Source of the DNA: Vibrio sp. | Lineage (GTDB): Bacteria; Pseudomonadota; Gammaproteobacteria; Enterobacterales; Vibrionaceae | Reading direction: 5' to 3' | NCBI RefSeq assembly: GCF_047973365.1 | Contig: NZ_JBKEBW010000027.1 | Coordinates: 7,251 to 71,250 of the forward strand | DNA length: 64,000 nt | Shown: piece by piece, positions 39,125-50,457 of the stretch | How the letters are laid out: each line of letters opens with the position of its first letter | How positions within the stretch are numbered: position 1 is the stretch's first letter | Program-made: the position numbers and the translations under genes | The notes under the pieces: generated by a model | What the model was told of the DNA's origin: nothing | Database searches by the model: none | What the model saw: only the letters and a program-made list of their open reading frames with translations

Positions 39125-39724
39125 ATGGAAACACATTCACGGAAGGAAGACTGGATAGCGATCTTTACTGGCACATTTATCGTGTCTCAAGGCTTATTTT
39201 TTCTCAAAGCAGCAAATCTTATCACTGGCGGCACAGCGGGTCTGGCACTGCTCCTGACGCATATTTTCCCTTGGAGTTTCGGCACGCTTTATTTCTTTGT
39301 TAACATGCCCTTCTACCTCCTCGCCTGGAAACGCTTTGGGGTTAAGTTTTCGCTAAACACAGCCATATCTTGTGGTCTGGTCTCTGTATTTACCGATCAC
39401 TTATCGAACTTCATTGCGATTGAGCATATTGACGCTGCCTATTGCGCTTTGGCTGGCGGCTTGCTAACCGGTTTAGGTATGTTGATTCTGTTTCGCCATC
39501 GTTCAAGCTTGGGTGGTTTCAATGTGCTATGTCTGTTTATTCAGGACAAATTTGCCATCTCAGTCGGCAAAACACAGTTGGTGTTAGACTGTATCATTGT
39601 TTTCGCCTCGTTGTTTTATCTCACGCCATCTGTGATCATGTTATCGATTGCAGGTGCGGTGATCCTGAATATCGTGCTGGCTATGAACCACAAACCCTCT
39701 CGCTATTCGGTCAAATATATCTGA
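39125..39724 (+). CDS. YitT-family membrane protein
   Basis: LITGGTAGLALL, NMPFY, LFRHRSSLGG, NHKPSRY. Confidence 0.88.
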   Translation: METHSRKEDWIAIFTGTFIVSQGLFFLKAANLITGGTAGLALLLTHIFPWSFGTLYFFVNMPFYLLAWKRFGVKFSLNTAISCGLVSVFTDHLSNFIAIEHIDAAYCALAGGLLTGLGMLILFRHRSSLGGFNVLCLFIQDKFAISVGKTQLVLDCIIVFASLFYLTPSVIMLSIAGAVILNIVLAMNHKPSRYSVKYI

Positions 39725-39909
39725 TATATTCCTAGGTAAAAATATGATCAGATTGAACATCGGTGGAACAGTGAATGAGCGTCGAACACAAACACGCCCT
39801 TATTTTTTATAAGAGCGTCCTTCCATGGGGCTCCGCCGAGCCATCCATGGCTCGGAGGGTTTGCTTATCGACACCCATTCACTGATCAGAAAGTTTTCCA
39901 GAATGGTAT
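39725..39909 (+). repeat. MITE-like hairpin repeat, copy C (with extra internal hairpin)
   Basis: 3' half nearly identical to copy A; starts immediately after the YitT stop codon. Confidence 0.85.
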
Positions 39910-39912
39910 GAT

Positions 39913-39941
39913 AAGAAGCCCGCTAAGTTAGCGGGCTTCTT
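39913..39941. terminator. Terminator between YitT and the RND gene
   Basis: AAGAAGCCCGCTAA-G-TTAGCGGGCTTCTT. Confidence 0.8.
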
Positions 39942-39963
39942 AATGCTTAAAGTTGAGAAATCG

Positions 39964-42900
39964 CTAGTGTGTTGTTCGACCTTTGCTATCGTGCTCCAAC
40001 TCTTTGTTGAGCTCAGCCTCAACGTGCCCTGGCGCTTGTGTGTTGGCGGAGATTAAACGATACATTGCCGGAATAACCAACAGAGTCACCACCGTCGCAA
40101 AAGCCATTCCGAAGAAAATTACGGTACCAACCGCAACCCGGCTCTCATAGCCCGCTCCGGTAGAAACAATCAGTGGGATTGAACCTGCCAGCGTGGTAAA
40201 GGCTGTCATCAAGATTGGGCGAAGGCGGCGAGCTGATGCATCAACAATCGCTTTTTCAAACTCTACGCCACGGTCACGTAACTGGTTAGCAAACTCAACG
40301 ATTAAAATACCGTTTTTAGTCACCATACCGATCAGCATAACCATTCCGATTTGGCTATACACGTTCATCCCCTGCCCCATAACAAACAAACCGAGGAAGC
40401 CACCAAATACCCCCATTGGTACGGTGAACATAATCACCATAGGGTTGATAAAGCTTTCAAACTGAGCGGCAAGAACCAGATACGCCACTAACAAAGCTAA
40501 AGCAAACACAACCGCGACACTCGATTGGTTTTCTTTAAAGTCTTTAGATTCACCGGAATAGCTGACAGAGATATCACTGGGTAACATCTCTAATGCTTTC
40601 TGATCCAGAAAATCCAAAGCCTGACCTAACGTCACCTCATCAGCTAAGTTAGCCGTAATCGTAATCGATTTTTGCTTATTGTAGTGAGCCAGACGAGGTG
40701 CGGATGCCACTTCTTCAATCTTGGTAATGGTATCTAGCGTCACTAAATCGCCATTACCAGTGCGCATATAAATCTGACTTAAATCGGTTACGTTATTAAA
40801 GCTGTTCTCATCACCACGCAGATAAACATCATATTCTTCGCCGCGTTCAACAAAACTCGTGACGCTCTTGCCACCTAACATCACCTCAAGAGTATTGGAA
40901 ATATCTTGCACGCTGATATCCAACTCAGAGGCTCTTTCACGATCAACAGTTACCATCAATTCAGGCGTTCTTTCTGAATAATTGATGTCGACTCCGGTCA
41001 TGTAAGGTGAACTTTCAGCCTCAGCTTCAAGCTTTTCAGCCCACTCTTTTAATTCTGTATAGTCAGATCCACCAAGCACAAACTGAACCGGTTCATTTGA
41101 ACCACCGCGGAAACCGGGCATAAACGGAATTACACGAACATCTGGAATACCAGCCAGTGCCTTTCTAATTTCAGCTAACGCATTTTGTGCGGTAATGCTA
41201 CGCTCATTCCAGTCATCAAGCGTCATAATAACAAAACCCGTTTGGTCACCAGAACTACCACCGAATGCGGGTGTTTGCACACTAAAAGACTTAAGGAAAC
41301 CTTGCCCCAAAAGAGGCTTCAGCCGGTCTTCGATTAAATCCATGTTGGCTGACATACGGTTATAGCTGGTCGCATCTGGGGCGCGTACAAACGCAAAGAC
41401 AACACCACGATCTTCTGATGGTGTTAACTGCGCAGGGACATTCTGCATGAATTGATAACTGCCACCGATACAGCCAAGAATAATGAGCGGTGCCAACCAT
41501 TTAAAACGTAGAGCATAGCGAAGTAAGAAACGATAGCTAGATTCAAGCTTACCAAACAGTTTATCCACCAAACGGTTAAAGCCGTTTGGCTTAACATTGG
41601 CTTTAAGGATCTTGCTACCCAAAACTGGCGTTAACGTTAACGCTATCAATGATGAGAAAATCACTGACATAGCAAGCAGTACTGAAAACTCAGTAAATAA
41701 CAAGCCAACCATACCATCCATAAATGAGATAGGCAGGAATACCATCACCAACACCAGCGTAGTGGCGATAACCGCAAAACCGACTTCACGGGTTCCTTTG
41801 TATGCCGCTAGCAACGGCTTCTCACCCTGTTCAATATGGTGGAATATGTTTTCCACCACCACGATAGCATCATCAACTACCAGACCAATCGACAAGATCA
41901 ATGCCATCAAAGTGATCAGGTTAATCGAGAAACCAAAATAATAAGCCGCAATAAAAGAAGAGATCAACGATACTGGTACAGTAATGGCAGGAATTAACGT
42001 AGCACGTGCCTGTCCGATAAAGATATAAAGCACCAAAACCACCAGACCGCCAGTAATAAATAGAGTGCTATAAACCTCTTCAATAGAACGTTCGATAAAA
42101 ATGGTTGAATCGTAGTTAATCACGAGCTTAGTGTCTGCCGGAAGAAACTTCTGAATACTATCAACCTGCTCTCGAACCCGTTCAGCCACTTCAAGAGGGT
42201 TGGCATCAGACTGAGGCACAACCCCCATACTGACGTTCACCACGCCATCCGTTTTATAGGTAGAGTTTTCATTTTCTGAACCTAGAAATACATCCGCCAC
42301 ATCTTTTAAATAAATAGGCGTACCACTGGCACGTTTAACAACTAGGTACTGAAAATCTTCTGGTTTTTGATAAGTACGAGCGGTGCGCACCGACATCACA
42401 ATGGAGTCGTTACGAACTTCTCCCCCTGGGCTTTCAATGTTTTCGCGGTTTAAAGCCGAGGAAATATCTGAAGCGGTCACACCACGCCCAGCCATCAATT
42501 CAGGCTTTAGGCGCACGTACATCACTTTATATAAACCACCAGAGACATCGACAGAACTGACACCGGAAATTAAGCTAAAGCGGTCAACCAGTACACGCTC
42601 CATGTAATCCGTTAATTGAGTACGGTCCATAGTAGATGAACTCAAGTTAATGTACATGGAGGCCTGACCGGAACCATTGTTCTTATAAACCAGAGGATCA
42701 TCTGCACTATCAGGTAAAGAACGCTGAGCCCGGGCGACAGCATCGCGAATATCGCTCACGCCGGAGTTTAGGTCATAGCCTAACTTGAACGTCACTGTAA
42801 TTCTGGAAGCACCATTACGTGTCGTAGAGGTAATTTCATCAATACCACTAATCCCGGTTAATTGAGATTCAAGTACTGAAGTGATTTGGTTTTCGATAAT

Positions 42901-43071
42901 AGAGGCTGAGGCACCTTGATAAGTCGTAGTAATGGTTACTACCGGGTTTTCAATATCCGGCATTTCACGTACGGCAAGTTTGCTAAAGGAGACAAAGCCA
43001 AATACGCACAACAACATACTCAAAACGAGTGCAGCGACTGGACGCTTTACTGAAATATCAGAGATCAACAT
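39964..43071 (-). CDS. RND efflux permease (HAE1/AcrB family; VexH/VmeF-like)
   Basis: 1035 aa; IGLVVDDAIVVVENI, TKNGILIVEFA, RLRPILMT. Confidence 0.95.
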   Translation of the reverse strand: MLISDISVKRPVAALVLSMLLCVFGFVSFSKLAVREMPDIENPVVTITTTYQGASASIIENQITSVLESQLTGISGIDEITSTTRNGASRITVTFKLGYDLNSGVSDIRDAVARAQRSLPDSADDPLVYKNNGSGQASMYINLSSSTMDRTQLTDYMERVLVDRFSLISGVSSVDVSGGLYKVMYVRLKPELMAGRGVTASDISSALNRENIESPGGEVRNDSIVMSVRTARTYQKPEDFQYLVVKRASGTPIYLKDVADVFLGSENENSTYKTDGVVNVSMGVVPQSDANPLEVAERVREQVDSIQKFLPADTKLVINYDSTIFIERSIEEVYSTLFITGGLVVLVLYIFIGQARATLIPAITVPVSLISSFIAAYYFGFSINLITLMALILSIGLVVDDAIVVVENIFHHIEQGEKPLLAAYKGTREVGFAVIATTLVLVMVFLPISFMDGMVGLLFTEFSVLLAMSVIFSSLIALTLTPVLGSKILKANVKPNGFNRLVDKLFGKLESSYRFLLRYALRFKWLAPLIILGCIGGSYQFMQNVPAQLTPSEDRGVVFAFVRAPDATSYNRMSANMDLIEDRLKPLLGQGFLKSFSVQTPAFGGSSGDQTGFVIMTLDDWNERSITAQNALAEIRKALAGIPDVRVIPFMPGFRGGSNEPVQFVLGGSDYTELKEWAEKLEAEAESSPYMTGVDINYSERTPELMVTVDRERASELDISVQDISNTLEVMLGGKSVTSFVERGEEYDVYLRGDENSFNNVTDLSQIYMRTGNGDLVTLDTITKIEEVASAPRLAHYNKQKSITITANLADEVTLGQALDFLDQKALEMLPSDISVSYSGESKDFKENQSSVAVVFALALLVAYLVLAAQFESFINPMVIMFTVPMGVFGGFLGLFVMGQGMNVYSQIGMVMLIGMVTKNGILIVEFANQLRDRGVEFEKAIVDASARRLRPILMTAFTTLAGSIPLIVSTGAGYESRVAVGTVIFFGMAFATVVTLLVIPAMYRLISANTQAPGHVEAELNKELEHDSKGRTTH

Positions 43072-44144
43072 CAGTTGTCATCCTTGTTCAACGCACGACC
43101 ATCTACTGTCACTTCAGTCACATTGGCACCGTCACGCATATTAACAATGCCTTGAACAACCACTTTATCGCCAATATTCAGACCTTTTTCAATCACCACT
43201 TGGTTATCGATACGAGCACCTAAGAAAACTTCCGTCCGTACCGCTTTGCTTTTTTGATCAATGACATAGACGTAACGTTTTGTGCCCGAATACTCAAGCG
43301 CCTGAACAGGAATGATCGGAGCTTCCGTGACCGGGAAGGCTAAGTTAGCGGAAACCAACATCCCTGGTTTCAATAAACGCTCGGCATTTGAAAAATGAAT
43401 TCGAACACGTAAGTTCAATGTTTCGGCATTGACTCGGGAATCAATACCAACAACTTTGCCTTCAAAGATTTTATCTGGCCACGCGTGGGTAGTAGCAACC
43501 ACGTTCATTCCTTTAGACAACATGGATAAATATCGTTCAGGTACCTGTAAATCCAGTTGCATTAAAGAAAGGTTATCTAATGTCATCAGTTCAGTACTGG
43601 AGCTGACAATTTTACCGCGGCTGAAATCAATAAACCCGACGGTACCGGCGAAGGGAGCTTTTATATGCAGATCATTCCAATTTGCTTCTGCGGCTTCTAA
43701 ACGTGCTTGCGCAATATCAACACTGGTTTTTTGTGCATCAATTTCCGTTTGCGTGATGGCACTTCTTTTGAGCAGACGTTCATATTCAGCCAACTTACGT
43801 TTTTCATCACGTAAGTAAGCTTTTGCTTCAGAAACAGAAGCTTGAGCTTTGTCGTCAGACAATTGAACTAATAGCTGATCTTTCTTTACTTCTTGATTGG
43901 CTTTAACCGCAATGTTGTCCACTTTTCCAGAAACTTCAGCAGAAATAATCACTGATTGTTCGGCTTCTAACTTACCAACGAGAGAAAGAGATTGAGATAC
44001 CTGATGGACCTGAACTAAATCGGTAACAACAGAGATTGCAGGTGCGCCTTTAGACCCTGCAGCGACAACACCCTCACTGGCAAATAGAGCAACAGCAAGA
44101 GCGATAGAAAGAATCGAAACGTTTTTCATAAACCACATCAGCAT
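43071..44144 (-). CDS. RND periplasmic adaptor (MFP)
   Basis: IKAPFAGTVG, LKPGM; abuts the RND gene. Start could be 44129. Confidence 0.92.
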   Translation of the reverse strand: MLMWFMKNVSILSIALAVALFASEGVVAAGSKGAPAISVVTDLVQVHQVSQSLSLVGKLEAEQSVIISAEVSGKVDNIAVKANQEVKKDQLLVQLSDDKAQASVSEAKAYLRDEKRKLAEYERLLKRSAITQTEIDAQKTSVDIAQARLEAAEANWNDLHIKAPFAGTVGFIDFSRGKIVSSSTELMTLDNLSLMQLDLQVPERYLSMLSKGMNVVATTHAWPDKIFEGKVVGIDSRVNAETLNLRVRIHFSNAERLLKPGMLVSANLAFPVTEAPIIPVQALEYSGTKRYVYVIDQKSKAVRTEVFLGARIDNQVVIEKGLNIGDKVVVQGIVNMRDGANVTEVTVDGRALNKDDN

Positions 44145-44312
44145 ATAAGAAAGAACTTTTATTATAACTAGTTATAGAGGGGCGAAACGTAAAGGAACGT
44201 AAATTTGATATTTTTATCTCCTTTTTGAACCACTATTTCAAAAAGAAAATGAGCAATTACGACCATCTTTGCCCAAAAAGGCAGCATTCAATTCAAAAAG
44301 ATAAAAAAAGGG

Positions 44313-44347
44313 TTTACACCAAGTCCGAGTTTGATAATATGCGCTCC
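44313..44347 (+). promoter_or_regulatory. Stable-RNA promoter of the tRNA-Tyr array
   Basis: TTTACA-N16-TAATAT followed by GC-rich discriminator GCGCTCC and preceded by an A-tract; tyrT-like layout. Confidence 0.75.
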
Positions 44348-44410
44348 GCACTTGATTGATGTGTTGGGAAAACGTCAGTCAAGCTTGTTCGTAAAGAGCA
44401 AGAAAACCCT

Positions 44411-44495
<85 letters not shown>

Positions 44496-44611
44496 TATTT
44501 TCTTTTGAAACAATAGGTTTTCAAGAAACCATAAATTTTCAAGAGAGTAAAACTTGATTGATGCGTTGGGAAAACGTCAGTCAAGCTTGTTCATAAAGAG
44601 CAAGAAAACCC

Positions 44612-44697
<86 letters not shown>

Positions 44698-44814
44698 TAT
44701 TTTCTTTTGAAGCAATAGGTTTTCAAGAAACCATAAATTTTCAAGAGAGTAAAACTTGATTGATGCGTTGGGAAAACGTCAATTAAGCTTGTTCATAAAG
44801 AGCAAGAAACCCCT

Positions 44815-44899
<85 letters not shown>

Positions 44900-45017
44900 T
44901 ATTTTCTTTTGAAACAATAGGTTTTCAAGAAACAATAAGTTTTCAAGAGAGTTAAACTTGATTGATGCGTTGGGAAAACGTCAGTCAAGCTTGTTCATAA
45001 AGAGCAAGAAAACCCCT

Positions 45018-45102
<85 letters not shown>

Positions 45103-45109
45103 TATACAC

Positions 45110-45140
45110 AAAAGCCAGCTCACTGAGCTGGCTTTTTTTT
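45110..45140 (+). terminator. Terminator of the tRNA array
   Basis: AAAAGCCAGCTCA-C-TGAGCTGGCTTTTTTTT. Confidence 0.9.
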
Positions 45141-45162
45141 CATCTAAAGCTAAATATTCACT

Positions 45163-45522
45163 TCACTCTATTCGGCAAGTTTTATAGATAATACCTTTGA
45201 TTTCTAACCTAGCGTCATTGCCTTTCGTGAACAAGGTAACAGGATTAACAACAACTGAGGTATGATCATCCAGTATGTATTTTGAGCCAGAGCCTGTCGG
45301 AATACTGACGAGTCGATAGTAACTTTCAGATGTTCTTAACACGGCATTTTCGGATGACACATAAGCCACATCAAACTGCTGATTATTTTCACACACGTAA
45401 TGTTGAAAATCACTGTCTTTAACTTTAAGCCCATCGACTTCGGTGGAGCTTGAGCACGCCGTTAATGCAGTCAAAGATAGTGCCATCAAACAAAACGCAA
45501 CCACGTTATCGTTTCTATACAT
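45163..45522 (-). CDS. MliC-like lipoprotein (lysozyme inhibitor family)
   Basis: Lipobox LTAC, Y-x-C, GSGSKY, LFTKGNDA, terminal Cys. Confidence 0.75.
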   Translation of the reverse strand: MYRNDNVVAFCLMALSLTALTACSSSTEVDGLKVKDSDFQHYVCENNQQFDVAYVSSENAVLRTSESYYRLVSIPTGSGSKYILDDHTSVVVNPVTLFTKGNDARLEIKGIIYKTCRIE

Positions 45523-45617
45523 GATGAATCTCTCTTTTAGTAATAAAAAAGGCCGCATAAGCGACCTCCCAATACCAAACCCAGCAATGTCTCTACTACC
45601 GATTACTTGCCATGATA

Positions 45618-46184
45618 TTATTTACGCTCTTTTAAATAGTTAGGCACATCACGCAAACTGTCCAGTACAACGGTCGCTAAACTTTCACCTTTTTCTGTCA
45701 CGGGCTTACCAGTGCGCACTAAAATTTTAGTACCCACACCTGCGGCTTCTGCAGCCATCATATCTTCAGCCTTATCACCCACCATGACAGAATTCGCCAT
45801 ATCGATTTTTAGAAAATCTCGAGCAGAGATAAACATACCTGGCTTCGGCTTACGGCAATCGCAATCTTCTTTATATTTGCCTTCACCATGCTCAGGGTGA
45901 TGAGGGCAGTAATAGATGCCATCAAGCTCAACGCCGTTATCAACGAAATTCCAATCCATCCACTGTGTTAATGAAAGAAAACGCTCTTCGCTATAATAAC
46001 CTCTGGCTATTCCTGCTTGGTTAGTCACCACGACCAATAAGTAACCCATCTCTTTCAGTTTTTTGGTTGCTTCAAAAACACCTTCGATGAACTCAAAGTC
46101 ATGTTCGTCACTTACATAGCCATGATCCACGTTAATCACGCCGTCACGGTCTAAAAACACAGCCGGTTTCGCCAAAATATTCAT
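45618..46184 (-). CDS. gmhB: D,D-heptose 1,7-bisphosphate phosphatase
   Basis: [14 protein letters not shown]...[10 protein letters not shown]; divergent from metN. Confidence 0.96.
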   Translation of the reverse strand: MNILAKPAVFLDRDGVINVDHGYVSDEHDFEFIEGVFEATKKLKEMGYLLVVVTNQAGIARGYYSEERFLSLTQWMDWNFVDNGVELDGIYYCPHHPEHGEGKYKEDCDCRKPKPGMFISARDFLKIDMANSVMVGDKAEDMMAAEAAGVGTKILVRTGKPVTEKGESLATVVLDSLRDVPNYLKERK

Positions 46185-46274
46185 CTCTATAAAGTCAAAC
46201 TCAACGAATTATTGCACGCTTTATTTCTTTCATCACTATCTAATTACTTTATCGTCTCACTTAAATGACCATTT

Positions 46275-46328
46275 AGACGTCTAGACGTAAAAATATCTAT
46301 TGACTTGATGTTCGTTAAGCCATAGCAT
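46275..46328 (+). promoter_or_regulatory. Tandem MetJ boxes and metN promoter
   Basis: AGACGTCT/AGACGTAA/AAATATCT at 46275-46298, then TTGACT-N17-TAGCAT. Confidence 0.85.
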
Positions 46329-46442
46329 CCTCTACCAAGTTAGAATAAGTTAAATATTTTATTCTGTTGTTGCTACTGTTTTAGTAATACCAAGGTAACT
46401 CGTTACCGAACAACCAAGATTTATCCCTGCGCAGGTTTTTCA

Positions 46443-47477
46443 ATGATTGAGATTAGTCACGTCAACAAGGTGTTCTATCAAGGCACGAAAGAGATCAATG
46501 CCTTAAAAGACATCAACCTTAACATCCAACAAGGCACAATCTTCGGTGTTATTGGCGCATCAGGCGCTGGTAAAAGCACACTGATCCGTTGTGTAAACAT
46601 GCTAGAACGTCCAACTAACGGCAGTGTTATTGTTAATGGTGTTGACCTTACAAAGCTTAGCTCAAAACAATTGAGCGAAGCACGCCGTAACATCGGTATG
46701 ATATTCCAGCATTTTAACCTGCTTTCTTCACGTACTGTGTTTGAAAACATTGCGTTACCACTTGAACTTGCCGGTCAAAGCGCAAGCCATATTGATAAAA
46801 AAGTGTCAGAGCTTCTTCAATTGGTTGGTTTGGCAGAAAAACGTGACACTTACCCATCAAACCTCAGTGGCGGTCAAAAGCAACGCGTTGCGATAGCTCG
46901 TGCTCTGGCATCGGACCCCAAAGTGTTACTGTGTGACGAAGCGACCAGTGCTCTCGATCCTGCGACTACGCAGTCAATTCTAGAGCTCTTGAAAGAAATT
47001 AACCGTAAGTTAAATATCACTATCTTGTTGATTACTCACGAGATGGATGTAGTAAAAAGCATTTGTCATCAAGTGGCTATTATCGGCGATGGCGAATTAG
47101 TAGAAAAAGGTTCTGTGGGTGAAATTTTTGCTCATCCAAAAACAGAACTTGCGCACCAGTTCATTCGCTCAACGCTGGATTTATCCATTCCTGATGATTA
47201 TCAAGCACGCTTACAGCAAACGCGAGTTGAAGGGAGCTACCCATTAGTTCGATTGGAATTTACCGGAGCGACAGTAGACGCACCTTTGATGTCGCAGATA
47301 TCACGCAAATTCAATATTGATGTCAGCATTCTAAGCTCAGATCTTGATTACGCTGGCGGCGTAAAATTCGGCATGATGGTAGCGGAAATCTTCGGTGATG
47401 AAGAAAACGACAACGCGGCAATTCAATACCTGCGTGACAATAAAGTAAAAGTAGAGGTGCTTGGTTATGTCCTTTAA
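46443..47477 (+). CDS. metN: Methionine ABC transporter ATPase
   Basis: [17 protein letters not shown] domain. Confidence 0.97.
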   Translation: MIEISHVNKVFYQGTKEINALKDINLNIQQGTIFGVIGASGAGKSTLIRCVNMLERPTNGSVIVNGVDLTKLSSKQLSEARRNIGMIFQHFNLLSSRTVFENIALPLELAGQSASHIDKKVSELLQLVGLAEKRDTYPSNLSGGQKQRVAIARALASDPKVLLCDEATSALDPATTQSILELLKEINRKLNITILLITHEMDVVKSICHQVAIIGDGELVEKGSVGEIFAHPKTELAHQFIRSTLDLSIPDDYQARLQQTRVEGSYPLVRLEFTGATVDAPLMSQISRKFNIDVSILSSDLDYAGGVKFGMMVAEIFGDEENDNAAIQYLRDNKVKVEVLGYVL

Positions 47478-48144
47478 TACCATCGCAAGTTGGTTATCAC
47501 TAAACAGTGACCTGCTGTTAACAGCAACTTGGCAAACATTATATATGGTAGCGGTTGCGGGCATTATTGGTTTTGCACTGGGTATTCCACTGGGCGTTAT
47601 TCTGCACACCACTAAAAAAGGTGGCTTGCTGGAAAACACTAAGTTGAACAGCATACTTGGCGCAATCGTCAATGTTGGCCGTTCAGTACCATTTCTTGTG
47701 TTGATGGTCGCAATTATCCCAGTGACAAAATTACTTGTGGGTACGTTCATCGGCACAACAGCAGCAATCGTACCTTTAACCATCGGCGCTATTCCTTTTG
47801 TTGCTCGCTTGATTGAAGGTGCATTGTTGGAAGTTCCAACGGGTCTTGTTGAAGCTGCACAATCTATGGGCGCAACACCAATGCAAATTATCCGCAAGGT
47901 GCTGCTACCAGAAGCAATGCCAACCATTCTTAACTCAGTAACCATCACGCTAGTCACTCTTGTGAGCTATTCCGCGATGGCTGGTACTGTCGGTGGTGGC
48001 GGCCTAGGTGATGTAGCGATTCGTTACGGTTTCCACCGTTATGATGTGGTGATAATGGCAGTAACCGTTGTCATGCTTATTGTTCTAGTACAAATCATTC
48101 AATCAATCGGTGATGCATTCGTACGCCGTGTTGATCACAGATAA
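47467..48144 (+). CDS. metI: Methionine ABC transporter permease
   Basis: [29 protein letters not shown]. Confidence 0.96.
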   Translation: MSFNTIASWLSLNSDLLLTATWQTLYMVAVAGIIGFALGIPLGVILHTTKKGGLLENTKLNSILGAIVNVGRSVPFLVLMVAIIPVTKLLVGTFIGTTAAIVPLTIGAIPFVARLIEGALLEVPTGLVEAAQSMGATPMQIIRKVLLPEAMPTILNSVTITLVTLVSYSAMAGTVGGGGLGDVAIRYGFHRYDVVIMAVTVVMLIVLVQIIQSIGDAFVRRVDHR

Positions 48145-48178
48145 AAACGATATAAGAATTTCTAACAAGGAGATTACC

Positions 48179-48988
48179 ATGAAATTCAATCTTAAAAGTT
48201 TATTGACCATTGCTGCTGCAGCATCTGCGCTTGTACTGGCTGGCTGTGGTGAAAAAGAAGTGGATAACAACAAAGTTAAAATCGGTGTTATTGCCGGAGC
48301 TGAAGCTCAAGTAGCAGAAATCGCGGCGAAAATTGCTAAAGAAAAATACAACCTAGATGTTGAACTGGTCACTTTCACTGATTACGTAACACCAAACGCA
48401 GCACTTGATGACGGCTCAATTGATGCAAACGCATTCCAACACAAACCATACTTAGATCAGCAAATTGTTGACCGTGGTTACAAGCTAGCCATCGTAGGTA
48501 ACACATTTGTTTACCCAATCGCAGGTTACTCTAAACAAGTAAAATCCGTTGATGAAATCAAAGATGGCGACCGTATTGCTGTGCCAAACGATCCAACAAA
48601 CCTAGGTCGTTCACTACTACTACTTGAACAACAAGGTCTGCTAAAACTACGTGAAGACGTAGGTCTACTAGCGACGGTTCGTGACATCGTAGAAAACCCT
48701 AGAAACATCAAGATCGTTGAACTAGATGCAGCTCAACTTCCACGTTCACTTGATGACGTAACGCTTTCTATTATTAACACAACTTACGCAAGCTCTATCA
48801 ACCTGACTCCTGAGAAAGATGGTATCTTCGTAGAAAATAAAGAATCTCCTTACGTGAATCTGCTTGTCGCTCGTCAAGACAACGTAAACGCTGAAAACGT
48901 ACAAAACTTCCTAAAAGCTTACCAAACAGATGAAGTGGCAAACGGCGCTTCAGAAATTTTCCACGGTGGCTCAGTTAAAGGCTGGTAA
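48179..48988 (+). CDS. metQ: Methionine-binding lipoprotein
   Basis: LAGC lipobox, FTDYVTPN, ANAFQHKPYL, PNDPTN. Confidence 0.96.
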   Translation: MKFNLKSLLTIAAAASALVLAGCGEKEVDNNKVKIGVIAGAEAQVAEIAAKIAKEKYNLDVELVTFTDYVTPNAALDDGSIDANAFQHKPYLDQQIVDRGYKLAIVGNTFVYPIAGYSKQVKSVDEIKDGDRIAVPNDPTNLGRSLLLLEQQGLLKLREDVGLLATVRDIVENPRNIKIVELDAAQLPRSLDDVTLSIINTTYASSINLTPEKDGIFVENKESPYVNLLVARQDNVNAENVQNFLKAYQTDEVANGASEIFHGGSVKGW

Positions 48989-49016
48989 TTCAGCAATTAC
49001 TGATAAAGTGAACATC

Positions 49017-49042
49017 AAAAGGCTCGATTTCGAGCCTTTTTT
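49017..49042 (+). terminator. Terminator after metQ
   Basis: AAAAGGCTCGA-TT-TCGAGCCTTTTTT. Confidence 0.85.
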
Positions 49043-49210
49043 GTTACGTAATACCAAATATGATCAAATTGGGCATTGGTGGAACATCTCTTTAGAGGTA
49101 CTTCCTACAAGTTTTGTAGGAAGCGTCCTTTTCAAGGCCTAATTAAGGTTATTTATTCCGCAATTAGTTAATCTTAGCCGCTGTTACCTGTACTAAGCGA
49201 ACTACGATTT

Positions 49211-50338
49211 ATGCTTGACTTATCACTCTCATTAGCAGAACAACTCCACATTACCGATCAAGAAATTGAGCATCGTAAAGATCTGTTAGAAATAACGAGA
49301 GAAGATGAACGGCTACTAAAAGCATGTGAGGTTTGGCTCACACCGCTAATTCCTAAAATTGCGGATGAGTATTATCGTCGTCAGACCCAAGTTCCAGAAA
49401 TTGCACTGATCATCGGCGATAGAAACACATTACGTGGATTACACACCACGATGAAAAACTACATCTCTGAGATGTTTAGTGGTTATTATAATAAACCGTA
49501 TGTTGAAGTGAGATTACAGGTCGGTCAGATACACCAAAGGATCGGTGTCAGCCCCAAACATTATCTGTCTGGTATGCAGTTGCTGCAATCACTGCTGAAT
49601 AATGAAATTTATACACATTTTGAGCAGATAGGCGAGAGCCCTGCCCCCACCCTAGCGGCGCTGCAAAAGTTGCTCTATCTGGACAATTTGTTTGTGATGG
49701 ATACTTATATCGCATCAAAGCAGAATCAGATTGAAAACAGCAACCGAAAACTAGAAAAATACGCCAATAATCTAGAAAAAATCATTGAGCAGAGAACCAA
49801 AGAGCTCGAAGATCTGTCTATGAAAGATCCTTTGACGGAATTGTATAACCAACGAGCGTTCTACGAAGTACTCAATAAAACCTGGGCATTGAGCCATCGC
49901 TCAGAGCAACATTTTACGTTGCTTTATATTGATCTTAACCGCTTTAAACAAGTCAACGATCAACATGGACACATTGCCGGCGACCAAATTTTGCTCGATT
50001 TTGCGACCACTTGCCATAATGTGCTAAGGCAGACAGAAACAGCAGCACGCTATGGTGGCGACGAATTTGCCGTTATCCTGCCGAACACCAAGATCGACTT
50101 TGCTAATATTGTTGCTAAGCGCCTCATTGAGGACTTTACCAACAGGGTTAAATACGATGTCGGCTTGAGTATAGGAGGCGCTTTATACTATCCACGTTGC
50201 GACCTCAATGTCGAAGAGATCTTACATTTAGCCGATCAACACATGTATATCGCCAAAAAAGAAGCGCACAGAACCAACCAAAGTACGTTCAGTTTCGAAG
50301 CTCGTAACGACCAAGCCAATATTTCTAATATTGCGTGA
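49211..50338 (+). CDS. Globin-coupled diguanylate cyclase (protoglobin + GGDEF)
   Basis: N-terminal sensor globin (RLQVGQIHQRIGVSPKHY), coiled coil, DPLT, DLNRFKQVNDQHGH, RYGGDEF. Confidence 0.88.
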   Translation: MLDLSLSLAEQLHITDQEIEHRKDLLEITREDERLLKACEVWLTPLIPKIADEYYRRQTQVPEIALIIGDRNTLRGLHTTMKNYISEMFSGYYNKPYVEVRLQVGQIHQRIGVSPKHYLSGMQLLQSLLNNEIYTHFEQIGESPAPTLAALQKLLYLDNLFVMDTYIASKQNQIENSNRKLEKYANNLEKIIEQRTKELEDLSMKDPLTELYNQRAFYEVLNKTWALSHRSEQHFTLLYIDLNRFKQVNDQHGHIAGDQILLDFATTCHNVLRQTETAARYGGDEFAVILPNTKIDFANIVAKRLIEDFTNRVKYDVGLSIGGALYYPRCDLNVEEILHLADQHMYIAKKEAHRTNQSTFSFEARNDQANISNIA

Positions 50339-50457
50339 CTACTCACCGTCCTATCGGGCAAGGGTTTACGGCGTAATTGCTAATCGTCACAGGGCTGATA
50401 CTCATTCAGCCCTGTTAAATTAAGCAAAGTTATCAACCACTCAGCCATAGCAAATGT

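Noticed and set aside
49095..49190. c-di-GMP-I riboswitch upstream of the globin DGC
   Set aside because: GGCCTAA and GTTACC resemble the 3' half, but the GGCAAAC...GAAA...GCAAA 5' elements are missing.
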